A DNA stretch of 64,000 bases from Eledone cirrhosa (taxonomy: Eukaryota). The notes under the pieces were generated by a model. It saw nothing but the letters and a program-made list of their open reading frames with translations. It was not told where the DNA came from and did no database searches. The position numbers and the translations under genes are program-made. The DNA is taken from NCBI GenBank assembly GCA_964016885.1, contig OZ024746.1, positions 93,558,001 through 93,622,000 on the forward strand. Direction: 5' to 3'. Positions 15,434 through 29,992 of this stretch are shown piece after piece. Position 1 is the first letter of the stretch. Each line of letters starts with the position of its first letter.

Positions 15434-15830
15434 ACAACTCATTCCCTTCTTTAAATACCACTTCAGAAGGAAGGTGAAGTGGAGAGAGAGGTGCTACACC
15501 CCAGTAAATTTGCTGAAAGGTGGGTGAATGTGGCGAAAATGGCCCGAGTGAATGGGTTTTCTCTGCATATAAACCTGTAGGTTGAGGAAGACAAAAAGAG
15601 GAAAGACGGAAACACCTACATAACGTACTGTTGGTGTTGAGGGTTGTTCTATCCATGGGGTGTAAAACCACGATGCAGTAACGTTTCCCCCTATTGGGGA
15701 TTACAATTGTTAATTTGTTAATATATAGTTTATTGTTAATTATTAATGTTTATACGATTTTTATGTAAAACCTCCGCCTTATCGTCTTGTAATGTCCCAT
15801 TTCTTGTACGCCCTTGTGGCAAATAAAGAT
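15434..15830 (+). mobile_element. 3'-end fragment of the same Tx1-like LINE
   Basis: Homologous to ~17110-17510; a related 3' end lies at ~6545-6860. Confidence 0.7.
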
Positions 15831-15899
15831 ATCTATCTATCTTTCTATTTCTTTATCTATCTATCGATCTCTTTATCTGTCTATCTGTCTGCCGTAACC

Positions 15900-17510
15900 G
15901 TAATGGTGTAGAAAACCTCGGCAATCAGAGTAATCGCAACTTATTACAGGAATACGAAACGTTGACAGGAGCAAGACTAAACCCAAACAAGTCTGTCGGT
16001 TTGCAACTCGGCACATGAAGAGGCAAACTCATGCCTTCCGACGGTGTCGTTGGACGCTGGACGGAAGGACCGGTGAAATTGCTCGGGGTCTGGTTTGGTC
16101 CAGACCTCCAGGTGGACAAGAGCTGGAACGAGGTCATGGCGAAGGTGTTTACATTCACCCAGAAGTGGGCTGAGTGCAAACTCTCCTTGAAAGGTCGTCG
16201 GAGGTGGCGAACACTTACAAAGCGTCTGTCATCTACTACCGCTTGACAGTCGTGCCTTGCCCCCGCGAATACCTTACCAAAATGGAACGCCTACTCTTCA
16301 AGTTCCTCTGGAAGAAACAGGCTCCATTGGTGAGGAGATCCATCTGCTGTCAACGCCCTTCTAACGGAGGGCTGATAATGCCGTAGCTGATGATGCGCAA
16401 ACCTGCGCTGAGGCTACGCCATCTCCAGCTATTCCTGACCGGTGAACCGGTGTGGCTGTCGTTTGTGAGACGAGCTCTTCCACAACTCGTCTTGCTAATA
16501 GAGCTGCAGTCTGGGTCAACCGAAGACCGAAAATGGGTGCCTGGCACCTCGAGTATCTACAGACGCTCACAGCCCTCTACCAAGCGGAAATGGTAATTAG
16601 CGGAGACTCCACTTCAACATTCTATAGGGGACTAGTAGAGGATAAGTGCAACAACGTTCTTGGGGAAACTCTAGGCATCGAAGATGACGAACTGATTAGT
16701 CTGTTTGGGAGGACTTTCCGTCCAGGGCCTATGGATAACTTCCAGAGGTCTCTGGCCTGGCAGTGCTACCGAGGAGCTCGACCAGTTCGAGACAAAATCT
16801 ACAGGTATGGACGCCCTGGCAGAGATCCTGCCAAAAGGACCTGTCCAAGATACGAGCAGGACATCGAAACCATCCTACATGCAATTGTTCAGTGCCCAGG
16901 GGTGACCGACCTGTGGAATTATGTCGACTAGCTACTGTCACGTGTAGGACGCATCCAGTTGTCAGCCGAGTCCATCGTGAGGATCACCCCGCCGCCTTCA
17001 TTGAAGAATGAAGGAGAGGTGGTCTTCCTTTGTCTGGTGGCTATGGCGAAAGTAATATGGTAATATGGTAGACGAGGTTAAAAGGACTGAGGGCAAACAC
17101 CTTTCTCTCTGGACAACAACTCATCCCCTTCTTTAAATACCACTTCAGAAGGAAGGTGAGAGTGGAGAGAGAGGTGCTACACCCCAGTAAATTCGCTGAA
17201 AGGTGGGTGAATGTGGCGAAAATGGCCCGAGTGAAGGGGCCTTCTCTGTATATAAACCTGTAGGTTGAGGAAGATAAACAGAGGGAAGACAGGAACACCT
17301 ATAAAACGTGTTCCTGGTGTTGAGGGTTGTTCTATCCACGGCGTGTAAAACAACCCTGCAGTAATGTTCCCCCCTATTGGGGACTTCGATTGTTTTATTT
17401 TGTATATATTTATTGTTATCCATTATTATTGTTAAATATTTTATGTAAACCCCCGCCATCGCGTCTTGTAATGTTCCATTTTTGTACGCCTCTGTGGCAA
17501 ATAAAGAAAT
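15900..17510 (+). mobile_element. Tx1/L1-like LINE 3' part (RT C-terminus and zinc-finger region), decayed
   Basis: YETLTGARLNPNKS, VKLLGVWFG, LSLKGR, FKFLWK, GGL, CPR..ETILHAIVQC; ends gtggcaaataaaga. Confidence 0.8.
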
Positions 17511-18004
17511 ACATCTATATGTCTGTCTGTCTGTCTATCTGTCTGTCTGTCTGCCTGTCTGTCAGTCTGTCTGTCTGTTTATTTATCTCTTTGTCTAACT
17601 ATCCCTCCATCTCTTTTATTTGTCGTAGATTCAATGATGCAGCATCAAGTGGATTAGCTGTAACTACTATATGGATAATCTCTCATGGCTTAAGTAGGTA
17701 ATCCAATTTTTCCCTTGGTTACTTATATAGTCCAACAATCAATTAACTTATTTGTTCACTCAATTTATATTCTCACAAGATCAATTGATCAGCTTTCTTT
17801 ACAAAATTTACTCATGGTAGATCACACAGCAGAGTCACATTGAATATCATCAGGGATAGGACCCTAGAGGCCAAATAGCGAAGTCAACTAGATTCAATGT
17901 ATTGGATTATGAAGTGTATAATAATGCAATGTATTAGATTATTATAACAGTTTGTAACTTGTGGGTTTATATCTATTGCTAGTATTAATTTATACTGTCT
18001 CTGG

Positions 18005-18118
18005 CCAATACACTTAGTTTAAAGTGTTTCTATGAATCCGAAATCAAATATCTGACTTACGTAATAGGCACGCTCGTGGTATTCCATGATCAAACAAAGG
18101 ATTCATTTCATCAACAGG
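18005..18118 (-). ncRNA. Decayed hammerhead motif with long stem II
   Basis: RC: cctg-TTGATGA-a-atgaatcc...ggattcat-a-GAAA-cactt(taaact)aagtg-TA-ttgg; stems II and III perfect, core position 3 and stem I altered. Confidence 0.5.
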
Positions 18119-18329
18119 AGTTCCGCTCTGTCCAAAAACGACATGGACGCTAAATGCTGCTGCTATGGGCAAGCTAAACATACATTTAGTTATCACATAT
18201 TATTTCCAACAAGGGAAGCAACCCCCGGTTTTTGGCGGGTAGATTCAAAGTGTTAAACAAAGGAAATATTATAATTTCCGCTAACATTCAGAATAAAAGT
18301 TCTCAACCAGATGTTATTAAACAAACACA

Positions 18330-18438
<109 letters not shown>

Positions 18439-19042
18439 GAAATATATGGAGAATAGAGATGGCTGTGTAGTTGCTATTTAAGGTAACTTAAAGGAAACTG
18501 CTCAAAGGAAAAGGAATCCTGAGCTCTTCAAATCCTGAGCCATCAATAAAACAGAGAAACCACCTGTGTATGGATACACTGGTGGTTTCCCTCACTCTCT
18601 CTCTCTAGTGTGTTATCCTTTCTACATATTGTATATATCTGTATATCATCATCATCATCATCACCGTTTTACGTCAGTTCTTCCATGCTAGCATGGGTTA
18701 GACGGGTTGTCCTGTTGTGGGCAATGTCCGGTCGGCTGACCATGCCTTGCTCATACGGGAACTGATTCTGGCTTTATTTCTACAGCTGGAAGCCCTTCCT
18801 AACACCAACCTCATTAACAGTGAGTGCTGGGTGCTTTATTGCCGTGGCACCTCCACAACCACTCTACAGTGGAATGATAGGGACCCCAGTCCCTACCATC
18901 TCATTTCTACAGCTGAGTAAACTGGAGCAATGTGAAATAAAGTGTCTTGCTCAAGGAAACACATCACCCAGTCTGAGAATTGAACTCACAGCCTTTTGAT
19001 TGCAAGCCCAATGTTCTAACCACTAAGCCATGTGCCTCCACA

Positions 19043-19112
<70 letters not shown>

Positions 19113-19680
19113 TAAACATATGGTGTATATATATACATATATATACAAACATGGTCTACATATACATATTTGTGTGTATATACACATATCATCGACACCT
19201 CTGTCTTATGTCCATTTACCACACTAGCATGGGTTAGACGGGTTGTCCTGTTGTAGGAAATCCTAGGTCAGGTGATCATATCTTGCTCATTTCGGTCTGG
19301 TTCTGGCCTAGTTTCCGTAGCTGGATGCCCTTTCTACCATCAACCTCAATTTACACAAGTGGGCTGGCCACTTTTTGCTGTGTCACCATCACAGTTACTT
19401 TACAACTTGGGCTATGGCGGGGGTTGGGGGAGGGACTTCATTGGATGCATTTAGTTTGGCCTGTCCTCCTGGGGGTAAATGAGAGGGTGGGTTGGGGTGG
19501 GGCATACTGTATATATGATTTGGTTTGTGCTCGTGGGAAGTCGGGTCTTCTGTATTACTGTGTATTGCCAGAGATCCCGGTTATCTGTCATCGCCTTTGA
19601 GAAGTACAATTGGGCAAGGTCGACTTTTATCACCTCATCCTAAGTTTTCCTGGGTCTCCCCACTTTGAGTGCTCTGCTAT

Positions 19681-19711
<31 letters not shown>

Positions 19712-19859
19712 GCATGTTTATGTATATATATATATGTATATCTATATATGTATGTATATATGTATATATATGTATATACATCTATATATATATATATTAA
19801 TCTGGAACTAGCTGTTGAAATGACAAGATCTCCTCAGCTGTTGGCGTCCTGACTCATTC

Positions 19860-19948
<89 letters not shown>

Positions 19949-20540
19949 AATGCAAACTAACATACTTAATGTAGTAAGCCCCACCAAAAATGTTTAATGA
20001 ATTAAAATTACAAATCTGATGCTTTAGGAATTCTGCCAATCTGTAGCCATATATATATATATATATATATATTTAGAGAGAGAGAGAGAGAGAGAGCTAA
20101 CATATGTAAGAGAGATGGGCACTCATCCCCATCTTGAAGGACAACAACATTCAAATTTGGTCTGTATGACCCATCTAACCTATGCCGGCATAGAAAATTG
20201 ATGTTAAATGATGATTATATATATATATTCTCACACACATGTATATATAAGGGCTGAAAGTTTCAATTAGGGGTGTGGTTTTTTGTTTTTTCAGGTTTTT
20301 AGTTTGAAATTTGAAATGTTTTCTTAAGATGCTGAGAAATTTCACAAGATGCTGGAATTATTTTTATTTATTAGTTAGTAATGGCACAAACACAGTGTGG
20401 TTCAAAATAAAGGTATGGCACAGAAGGTAGGGTGTTTGAGTCATGATTATTGGTTCAATTTCTAGACTGGGTGGTGTATTGTGTTCTACAAAACGTTTCA
20501 TCTATCATTGATTTTCATGGTAAGACTGCAGCTTCTATCT

Positions 20541-21338
20541 TTAACCCTTTAGTATTCACATTATCTATATTTACTATTGTACTTTTGTGGTAAAGGCTTT
20601 ACCTCACATAATTATCTCACATAATATTGAATCTATGAGATTTTGATATGATTTTTTTAGAACAATACCTTAACATCAGCATAAATGGCCAGTTACAGCC
20701 AGTTTAAACAGATAGAGGTGAGAGAATTCTAGCTGGATACAGCCAGTATAAACAGATAGAGGTGAGAGAATTCTAGCTGGATACAGCCAGTATAAACAGA
20801 TAGAGGTGAGAGAATTCTAGCCGGATACAGCCAGTTTAAACAGATAGAGGTGAGAGAATTCTGGCCGGATACAGCCAGTTTAAACAGATAGAGGTGAGAG
20901 AATTCTGGCTGGATACAGCTGGTTTAAACAGATAGAGGTGAGAGAATTCTGGCCGGATACAGCTGGTTTAAACAGATAGAGGTGAGAGAATTCTGGCTGG
21001 ATACAGCCAGTTTAAACAGATAGAGGTGAGAGAATTCTGGCTGGATACAGCCGGTTTAAACAGAAAGAGGTGAGAGAATTCTGGCCAGATACAGCCGGTT
21101 TAAACAGATAGAGGTGAGAGAATTCTGGCTGGATACAGCCGGTTTAAACAGAAAGAGGTGAGAGAATTCTGGCCAGATACAGCCGGTTTAAACAGATAGA
21201 GGTGAGAGAATTCTGGCCGGATACAGCCTGTTTAAACAGATAGAGGTGAGAGAATTCTGGCTGGATACAGCCAGTTTAAACAGATAGAGGTGAGAGAATT
21301 CTGGCCGGATATGGCTGATTTAAATGCTAAAGGGTTAA
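20541..21338. mobile_element. piggyBac-like MITE with an internal 44-bp tandem array
   Basis: ttaa-cccttt...aaaggg-ttaa; ~14 units at 20694-21310; compact copies at 5545-5765, 22823-23006, 37460-37678 and 60129-60331. Confidence 0.75.
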
Positions 21339-24069
21339 AATCTCTACGAATCCTCCTATAATTTATATCATAATAAGAGTCTAGCTAAACATGCATAAAT
21401 ATGAGCTTTTAGTTTTAATGCATATATGATATGTTTGTCTGTTTATAATACATAAACATATTATTCTGAGTCACACTGTGTTAGTACAGTATACACTTCC
21501 TCAGTCTCAGTGTCTCATAGTAAATGTCTATTGATGGTGGGTTAATAAATCCTGAAATACATGTAATACATGATCTTTCATGTAATCTGAGGTAGTTGTG
21601 ATATGATTAGTTTTAAATACTCACAGAGAGACCATATAAGTCTTTATTCTACATCTGATTTCCATTATTGATAACTTATTTACGTATAGTGCAGCTTTGA
21701 TGGGCCTGTATTGATTAGTAATAGCATTACTGGTGTTAGGAAGGGCATCCAGCTGTAGAAAACCTGCCAGACAGTCCTATACGAGCAAGACATGGTCACC
21801 CGACCAATCTTGCCTCAAGTAGGACAACTCCCGTCTAACCCATGCTAGCGTGGAAGATAGACGTTAAACGATGATGATGAAAACACCAGCGTGACTCAGA
21901 ATAAATGTGTATATATCATCATCATCATCACCATTTAACGTCCATCTTCCACGTTAGCATGGGTTAGACGTGTTGTCCTATTTGAGGCAGGTTGGGTCAG
22001 GTGACCGCATTTGGCTAATACAGAACTGTTTCTGGCTTGGTTTCTATGGCTGGATGCCTTTCCTAACGCCAACCACATATACGGTGTGTGCTGGGTGCTT
22101 TTTGTCATGACACCTACACGACCACTTTACAGTGTGGACTGGGAGCTTTTTGTCATGACACCTACATGACCACTTTACAGTGTGGGCTGGGTGCTTTTTG
22201 TTGTGACACCTACATGACAACTTTACAATGTGTGCTGGGTGCTTTTTGTCGTGACACCTACATGAACACTTTACAGTGTGGGCTGTGTGCTTTTTGTCGT
22301 GACACCTACATGACCACATACATATATAATGTTGAACAATGAAATAAATTATAACACCTGAGACTCCTGTGATCAGAAATGAATGCATTTCAAACTGTCT
22401 AACAAGTACACACCAGAAAGGATATCTAATATATCACAAATTGATATTTATGTATGATTTGACAGTTACAATGTGTATATTGACTCATAAACATACATAG
22501 ACATTGTATATGTGATATACACTAAAACTAAAACCTCTGCACCTCACATCTGTACATTTTAGCAGACCTCCTACAAGGTGGTATCTCATAGGTTTCTTGA
22601 ATGTTTTAATGGTTTCTAGAGTGTTTTATCACAAAAAGCAATGTGAAATAAAGGGTTTTACTTAAGCACACAGTGCATCACCCAGTCCAGGAATCAAACC
22701 CTTATTGTACCTGGGTCTATATAGGCTTTTAATTTTAGCTATCTAAACATACTCTTTAGCTTTTCGTTAATTCAGTGTTCATTTAAGCAATGAAAGTATA
22801 ATGGAAATATAGTTTCCTTGGTTTAACCCTTTAGCATTTAAACTGGCTGTATCCGGCCACTCATACTGATGTTAAGCTATGGTTCTCAAAATAAATAATA
22901 TCAAAATCTCATAGATTCGATATTATGTGAGATAATTATGTGAAATTAAGCCTTTACCATGAAAATATAATAGTAAATATAGAGTAATGTAAATGTTAAA
23001 GGTTTAATTCAGTCTTCATTTAAGCAATGAAAAGTATAATAGAAATATAGTTTCCTTGGCTTAAGGCAGTGGATTGGTAGAGCACCGGACACTATGCTTT
23101 GCAGCTTTTACTTATGTCTCTTTACATTCTGAGTTCGAATTCCACCAAAGTTAGCTTTGCTTTTCATCCTTACAGGGTCAATAAAATAAAGTACCAATAT
23201 CACACTGGGGGTTGACATAATCGACATTCCCTTCCCCCAAAATTGCTGGCCTTGTGCCTATAGTAAAAACCATTATATCATTGTTTCCTTGATCTGATCT
23301 ATCAATTGACTTCTTTTGTTTCTTTCCTTTAAGCTGTAATTTCAATTTTACCATGCAATTCCACCTGTTGCTTCCCACCTCTTTAATACACCTTCATCCC
23401 CCTGCTACCTAGTCACTGCTCTATATTGTTTGTATAAGGAGAGATATCTTTAGATTAGTTTCTATATTCAGTCCCCCACCTACCACTAACACTATTACTC
23501 ATCTTTCATCCCCCGCTTCCTGGCCACCTCTCCACGTATGGCATTCTTCACTCCCTTGCTCTTGTCTGACTCTATTGGCAGTATCGGTAGAGGGTTGGAC
23601 GCCATGCTTTCTAGCATAATTACGTCCCTTTAATGTCTAAGTTCAAATCCCGTCGAGGTTAACTTTGCCTTTCATCCTTATGGGGTCGATAAAATAAAGT
23701 ACCAGTAATGTACTGGGTAATTGCTGGCCTTGTGCCAAAAGTAGAAACAATTATTAGCTTATGTAGTCACACTCCTCTCTATACTCTGATTCTCTCAACA
23801 TATTCCATAACTCAAACAGATACCGCTGACACTCTCCTTTCACCTCATGGCCAAGCCATTACCATAAATCTCTACCATCATATCCTCACCCCCCTCAACC
23901 ATTCAGCCTGTTTCCTCTACCATTCCTCTCTTCTCTATTCACACTCTGGTCCTTGTTACCATAGTCTGTTGTAATGCAAGACAAACTCATTAGTGCTGAT
24001 GCCATCATAAAATCCTATTGCTATCTGGATGTATTTCTACGAGGGTCTTTCAAGTTTAACAATATATAT

Positions 24070-24530
24070 CATCATCATCATCATCATCATCACCGTTTTA
24101 TGCCCGTTCTTCCACGCTAGCATGGGTTAGACGGGTTGTCCTGTTGTGGCAGTGTCCGGTCGGCCGAACTCGTCTTGCTCAATGCAGGAGCTGATTCTGG
24201 CTTGATTTCTACAGCTGGATGCCCTTCATAACACCAACCTCATTTACAGTGAGTGCTAGGTGCTTTTTTTTTTTTCCATGGCACCTACACGTCCACCTTA
24301 CAGTGTGGGCTGGGTGCTTTTTTTTTTGCCGTGGCACCTCCACGACTACTTTGCAGTGGAATGATAGGGACCCCAGTCCCTATCATCTCATTTCTACAGC
24401 TGAGTAAACTGGAGCAATGTGAAATAAAGTGTCTTGCTCAAGGAAACAACACATCACCTGGTCTGAGAATTGAACTCACAACCTTTCGATTGCAAGCCCA
24501 CTGCTCTAACCACTAAGCCATGCACCTTCG
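24070..24530 (-). mobile_element. Second tRNA-derived SINE family with (GAT)n tail, representative copy
   Basis: Head tggcttagtggttagagc..gagttcaattc, ccttgagcaagacact domain, tail aggaagggcatccagctgtag..ctaacccatgctagc; copies at ~9925-10250, 18645-19040, 21920-22320 and 27800-28090. Confidence 0.8.
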
Positions 24531-25939
24531 ATAAGCTAATATATATATATACATATATATGTTCAGGGCCTGATTTAACAGGGGCAAAGGGGGCAATTGC
24601 TCTGAGCCCCACCAGTGATGGCCGTAGCAATTTATTTGTGCCCTCAGCTGGGCTTTTTAGTTTTAGGATGGTTAGAATTTTTGAAGTTAATACTTGTATG
24701 TATAACTTTTCAATTCCAATTACTTGCGCCAAGCTAACTTTGATATGTAAAATTGGGGGGGTTTGCTGTGTATTTTATTTTTTTGTGTATGAGAGGCCGC
24801 CAAAATCTGAAGTGCCCAGGGTCCCCCAAGGTCTAAATCCAACCCTGACTACACTTGTATGGCCATGTGATGTGTATGGATGATGATCGTTGGGGGAAGA
24901 ACTGCCAGAAGTTCCCAGTGGAAGGAGGTTGCAGAAGAGGGTGATCAGGGAAGACTTTGGCAGAAGTAGTGAGAATAGATATTATAAAGTTGAACTTTAC
25001 AGAGATGACAGATGAATGTAGCAAATGAGGGGAAGCTCTATTGGAAATGATCTGTCCAATTCATGCAAGCATAGAAAAACAGACATAAAATGATGATGAT
25101 GATACATACATTGGTACACCACTGATTTCCCAGCGTTCTTCATTATAGATTTGATTTGAGGGAGACTTGATATTTACTGAATAATTACTGAGGGATTCAC
25201 TACACCAGCAAGTATGATGAAATCTATTAATTGTTGATGAGGTCAGAATAACACTGAAAACATATCCGGAGTTACCTCCCATACAACAATAATTAAAACA
25301 ATATTAGCCTCTGACTAATATTACTTTTTTCCTCATTGCTTAATGATTCCTAGTTATCTTTTAAATGTTTCCTGCATTAGATATGAACTAAACTATTGTG
25401 TTTATACATGTCTATGTGTTCTATTAAAAACATATGGCAGTGTTTTTATTGTAAATGTTTATATGTGTGTCAGTTTCTCGTGAAGCTGTTTGCTCACATG
25501 TCTTTGTTTATTTATATATTTGCACATTTCCTGTTGCAGGCGTGTAAACTGGGCATTAAGATGTGTATAGGTATTCATGAGTGAATATACATGTGTGTGT
25601 GTGTGTGTGTGTGTCTGTGTATGTGTGTGCATGTGTGTGTGTGCTTGCATGCATGGTATGTGCATGCAGAAAAATATATTGATGTGTACATATAAAGATG
25701 AGAAAACTCATCGCTAGAACAGCCATATGTTGTCAACGACAGCGATGGGCAAAAATGCTTCAGAGGAGAGAGACCAGCGGCCAGTAGTCAACACAGAGAA
25801 ACAATCCACAGGGTGGGTGACAGGCAGATGAAATATAGAAAAGATTGGCAGAGGAAGAGTACAAGGAGAAGTGTGTTGGCACATAGAAAGGACAATCTTT
25901 TCTATTTCATCTGCTTGTCACTCACATAGGGTCCCACAC

Positions 25940-26140
25940 AACCATGATTTAAGCTCCCAGATTTCTTTCTTTGGCTCTATTTGAAGGATAGGGCATATGT
26001 CAACAGATCCAGGACCACCAGGACCAAATCCAGGAACTAAAGGAGGACATCAAGGAGGAGCTCAGAGCCATCCCTAGGTTAGTTTGTAAAGACGTTATGC
26101 TAAACTTCACCATGCACCTCATAAAATGCATAGATTTAAT
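25940..26140 (+). pseudogene. Tc1/mariner transposase C-terminal fragment
   Basis: FFLWLYLKDRAYVNR..ELKEDIKEELRAIP-like frame. Confidence 0.55.
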
Positions 26141-26149
26141 TGAGGACCC

Positions 26150-27110
26150 TCAGGTACCCCCTATCCTCTACCCCCGAGGCCAGCGCCAAGCGTTTGCGTG
26201 ACTAGGTAAACGCAAAGCTTATCATGGGTAATGTCTCGGCCGCAGTCAGAGTTCTTGCCTCAGACGACACTGTCCTCCAACCCACCGAGGAGGTCCTGGC
26301 TGCTCTGCAGCTCAAACACCCTGAGCCACCCACTGGTCTCAGACCCATACCCCCACCCGACCCCCCACTTGCTCCTTGCGGCTACTAATGCAGATATCAT
26401 GTCCGCCATCAGGTCCTTCCCAGCTAGCAGCTGCGGAGGTGTTGATGGTCTCCGACCAGGCCACCTCAAGGAGTTGACATCCCCCCTCTCCGCTGAGGCC
26501 GGGCGCAGCCTTCTGAGTGCAATTGTGGCGCTCACCAATAGGCTCATCCATGGCGCCCTGGACCCTTACGCCCGAGGCCTCTTTTTTTGGGGCCAGCCTC
26601 ACCGCTTTCAGGAAGAAAGAAGGTGGTATACGCCCCATTGCTGTGGGCAATGTCTTCCGGAGGCTGGCTGCCAAGGTGATCTGCAAGTCCATCACACACG
26701 AACTGGGTGAGGAGTTTAGTCCGGTGCAACTGGGTGTTGGCGAGTCCGGTGGCTGTGAGGGGGCCGCTCATGCAACCAGGCAGTTCTTCAGCAGCTGCCC
26801 ATCGGAACCGGCATCCAGGGACTCCAGGCACCTCATTGTCAAGCTTGACATGAGGAATGCCTTCAACTCTTTACGGCCGGATCATCCGCTCGAGGCCTGC
26901 CTCAGCCGAGCCCCCTCTGCCTACCTGCTGGTCTACCTGTCATATGGCGCCCCGAGCATACTCCTAGCTGCTGATACGGTCATACCCTCGGCTACTGGGG
27001 TCCAACAGGGCGACCCTTTGGGATCCCTCCTGTTCACCCTGGTATTGACCACATCGCCCGGAGTATCACGGCCCCTCTCAACATTTGGTATCTGGATGAT
27101 GCTACGTTGG
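26150..27110 (+). pseudogene. CRE-clade non-LTR reverse transcriptase fragment
   Basis: GVDGLRPGHLKE, KKEGGIRPIAVGNVFRRLAAK, QLGVG..GGCE, KLDMRNAFN, GVQQGDPLG, WYLDD after a frameshift. Confidence 0.85.
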
Positions 27111-27234
27111 ATATTTCTTCATAAGAGCCTTATTCTTATAGCTTGGTCTAATTGATTTTTTTATATGGTTAATTATGCTAATTAGGAGAGGAAATGGTAT
27201 ATATTATATCTAGTGATTCTAAAGACATATTTTA

Positions 27235-27271
<37 letters not shown>

Positions 27272-27274
<3 letters not shown>

Positions 27275-27688
27275 GAATGTATGTATAGTATATTTGGCAA
27301 TATACCGTATGTTTAATTAAAAACATTTTGAAGACCTTGTGCTATCATTTTTATATTATACATACTTTCATGTATACATCGCTATTTCAGAGCACCAATC
27401 CTAATTTTTAATTTTTGCTGGACTTGCAACTGCTCTGTATAATCAGTTCCTGATTATTACTGGAATTCTATAAGAATCAAGCGTCTATAATTTTCGGCAG
27501 AGGTCGGGGAGTACGTTGCTCTGAGGATCGCCAACAGCGTGAAACAGAATCTGTCAGCTTCTCTCCCTGCTTTTGCCGAAAAAAGAAGTAAGTGACATAG
27601 TCACTTCTTTAAAAAGGATAGCGCAAGGTCTTCAAAGTGTTTTTACTTAAACATACTGTATATTGCCAAATATACTATACATACATTC

Positions 27689-27690
<2 letters not shown>
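27272..27690 (+). mobile_element. Hammerhead-bearing foldback element in (TA)n
   Basis: ~80-bp inverted arms 27272-27352 and 27611-27690 around a hammerhead; (TA)n on both sides. Confidence 0.7.
27491..27583 (+). ncRNA. Type I hammerhead ribozyme with extended stem I
   Basis: gct-CTGAGGA-t-cgc(caaca)gcg-t-GAAA-cag(aat)ctg-TC-agc; GUC cleavage triplet; stem I extends via gggag/ctccc and ttttcggca/tgccgaaaa. Confidence 0.85.
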
Positions 27691-27783
<93 letters not shown>

Positions 27784-28095
27784 CATATGTATACATCATC
27801 ATCATCATAATTCATCATCACCGTTTAATGTCCATGTTTCTACGCTCGCATGGGTTAGACGAGTTATCCTGTTGTGAGCAATGCTAGGTCAGATGACCAT
27901 GTCATGCTCATCCAGAACCAATTTTGGCTTGGTTTCTACAGCTGGATGCTCTTCCTGATGTCAACCTCATTTACAGTGAGTACTGGGAGCTTTTTGTCGT
28001 GATGCCTACACAACCCCTTTACAGTGTGGACAAGATGCTTTTTGCCACAACACCTACACAACCCCTTTACCGTGTGAGCTGGGCGCTTCTTGCAT

Positions 28096-28169
<74 letters not shown>

Positions 28170-28185
28170 TATATATATATATACA

Positions 28186-28322
<137 letters not shown>

Positions 28323-28356
28323 TATATATATATATACAGTATATATATATATACAG

Positions 28357-28394
<38 letters not shown>

Positions 28395-28913
28395 ATGTAT
28401 ATATATATACAAATCAGTGCTTTTGTTATTGTTTGTTGACTTTCAAAATTATATATATATATGTATCATCATCATCATCATCATCATTTTACATCCGCGT
28501 TTCCCTGCTTGCAAGGGTGGGACGATGTATATATATATATACACACGGTTATAATAGAAAAAAATCAGTCATATATATATATATAATGTATGACTGATTT
28601 TTTTTCTATTATAACCGTGTGTATATGTAATTTAAGACATTAGATTTATGTTTATGCTTTATTTAGTCCATTTTTTTTCTTTTGTACTAAAGAGACTAAA
28701 TTGAAATTACTCATTCCTTTGTACTGTAAGCTTTATATATTGGGCTGGAAATTTTGAGCGGGAACTATTCTCATTCGCAAAATACACGCACATTTACTAC
28801 TACTACTACTACTGCCAACACCACCGCCACTACTACTACCACCACCACCACCACTACAACTATCAGCACCACTACCACTACAACTATCACTACTACTAGA
28901 TCTACTACCACCG

Positions 28914-28992
<79 letters not shown>

Positions 28993-29411
28993 CCCACCAC
29001 CACTACTATTACTACTTCCACTACTACCACCACCATCATTTAACGTTCACTTTCCCTGATATCAAGGGCTGGATGGGTTGTCATAGACCAAGTCAATATA
29101 TATTTGGAGCTAAAGGTTTTTCAGATTTCTCAGATGGGCTGGGGGCAGCATCTCACACATATTCCAGCACTCTACAACATGCACTAAGCACATTTTATCG
29201 TGGCCAGGGTTGAATTTAAACCTTGGGGGGTCTCGTGTCACTTCAGGTTTGGGGGATCCCTTCATACATAAAAAATTAGAATACACAGCAAACCCCCCAA
29301 TTTTACATATCAAAGTTAGCTTGGCGCAAGTAAATGGAATTGAAGTTATACATACAGGTATTAAATTAAGTAATATATAGTGTGCGCGTATATATATACA
29401 TACATATACTA

Positions 29412-29474
<63 letters not shown>

Positions 29475-29479
<5 letters not shown>

Positions 29480-29810
29480 ACAAAAAAGAGAATCAGTGTT
29501 GCGACGAACGAATGCAATTTATTGGACATATTACAATCGTTTCTCTGGCGACCGGCTCTAGGCACGATCGATGTGCTGATCAAACCTGACTCTGAAAATC
29601 GCAAAGTCCTCAGACACGTCTTAATTCTACGAAGCAGATTTTCCTATAGGAAAGCTGGTCGCCAGAGAAACGATTGTAATATGTCCAATACATTCCATTC
29701 GTCGCAACACTGATTCTCTTTTTTTCTGTGATATCATACTCCGCTCTATGAGAGCATCGAGTGCTCATACGGCGTACCGCATACGGACGCTTTAAGCATC
29801 AAACACCAAT

Positions 29811-29811
<1 letters not shown>
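29475..29811. mobile_element. Hammerhead foldback element in (TA)n; second copy at 32848-33142
   Basis: Inverted arms ~29475-29556 and 29654-29733 plus a unique tail shared with 33060-33142. Confidence 0.75.
29525..29620 (-). ncRNA. Type I hammerhead ribozyme with long stem II
   Basis: Reverse complement: gacgtgt-CTGAGGA-ctttgcgatt...ggtcgccaga-GAAA-cgattg-TA-atatgtc; 7-bp stem I with G-U pairs. Confidence 0.8.
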
Positions 29812-29844
<33 letters not shown>

Positions 29845-29992
29845 TACATACATATATATATATGTGTCAAGTAAGAATATTTTCGAAACAGCGAGCGAGT
29901 TTGAAATTATAAATGTAAGCTATCGCCGTATTTTGACTAAAGAAATTAAAGAAAATTATTTAGCCTGATAGAAATGGAAAAAAAGATGAGTA

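Noticed and set aside
19800-19860. Island in (TA)n with minus-strand CTGAGGA
   Set aside because: No GAAA/UH half present
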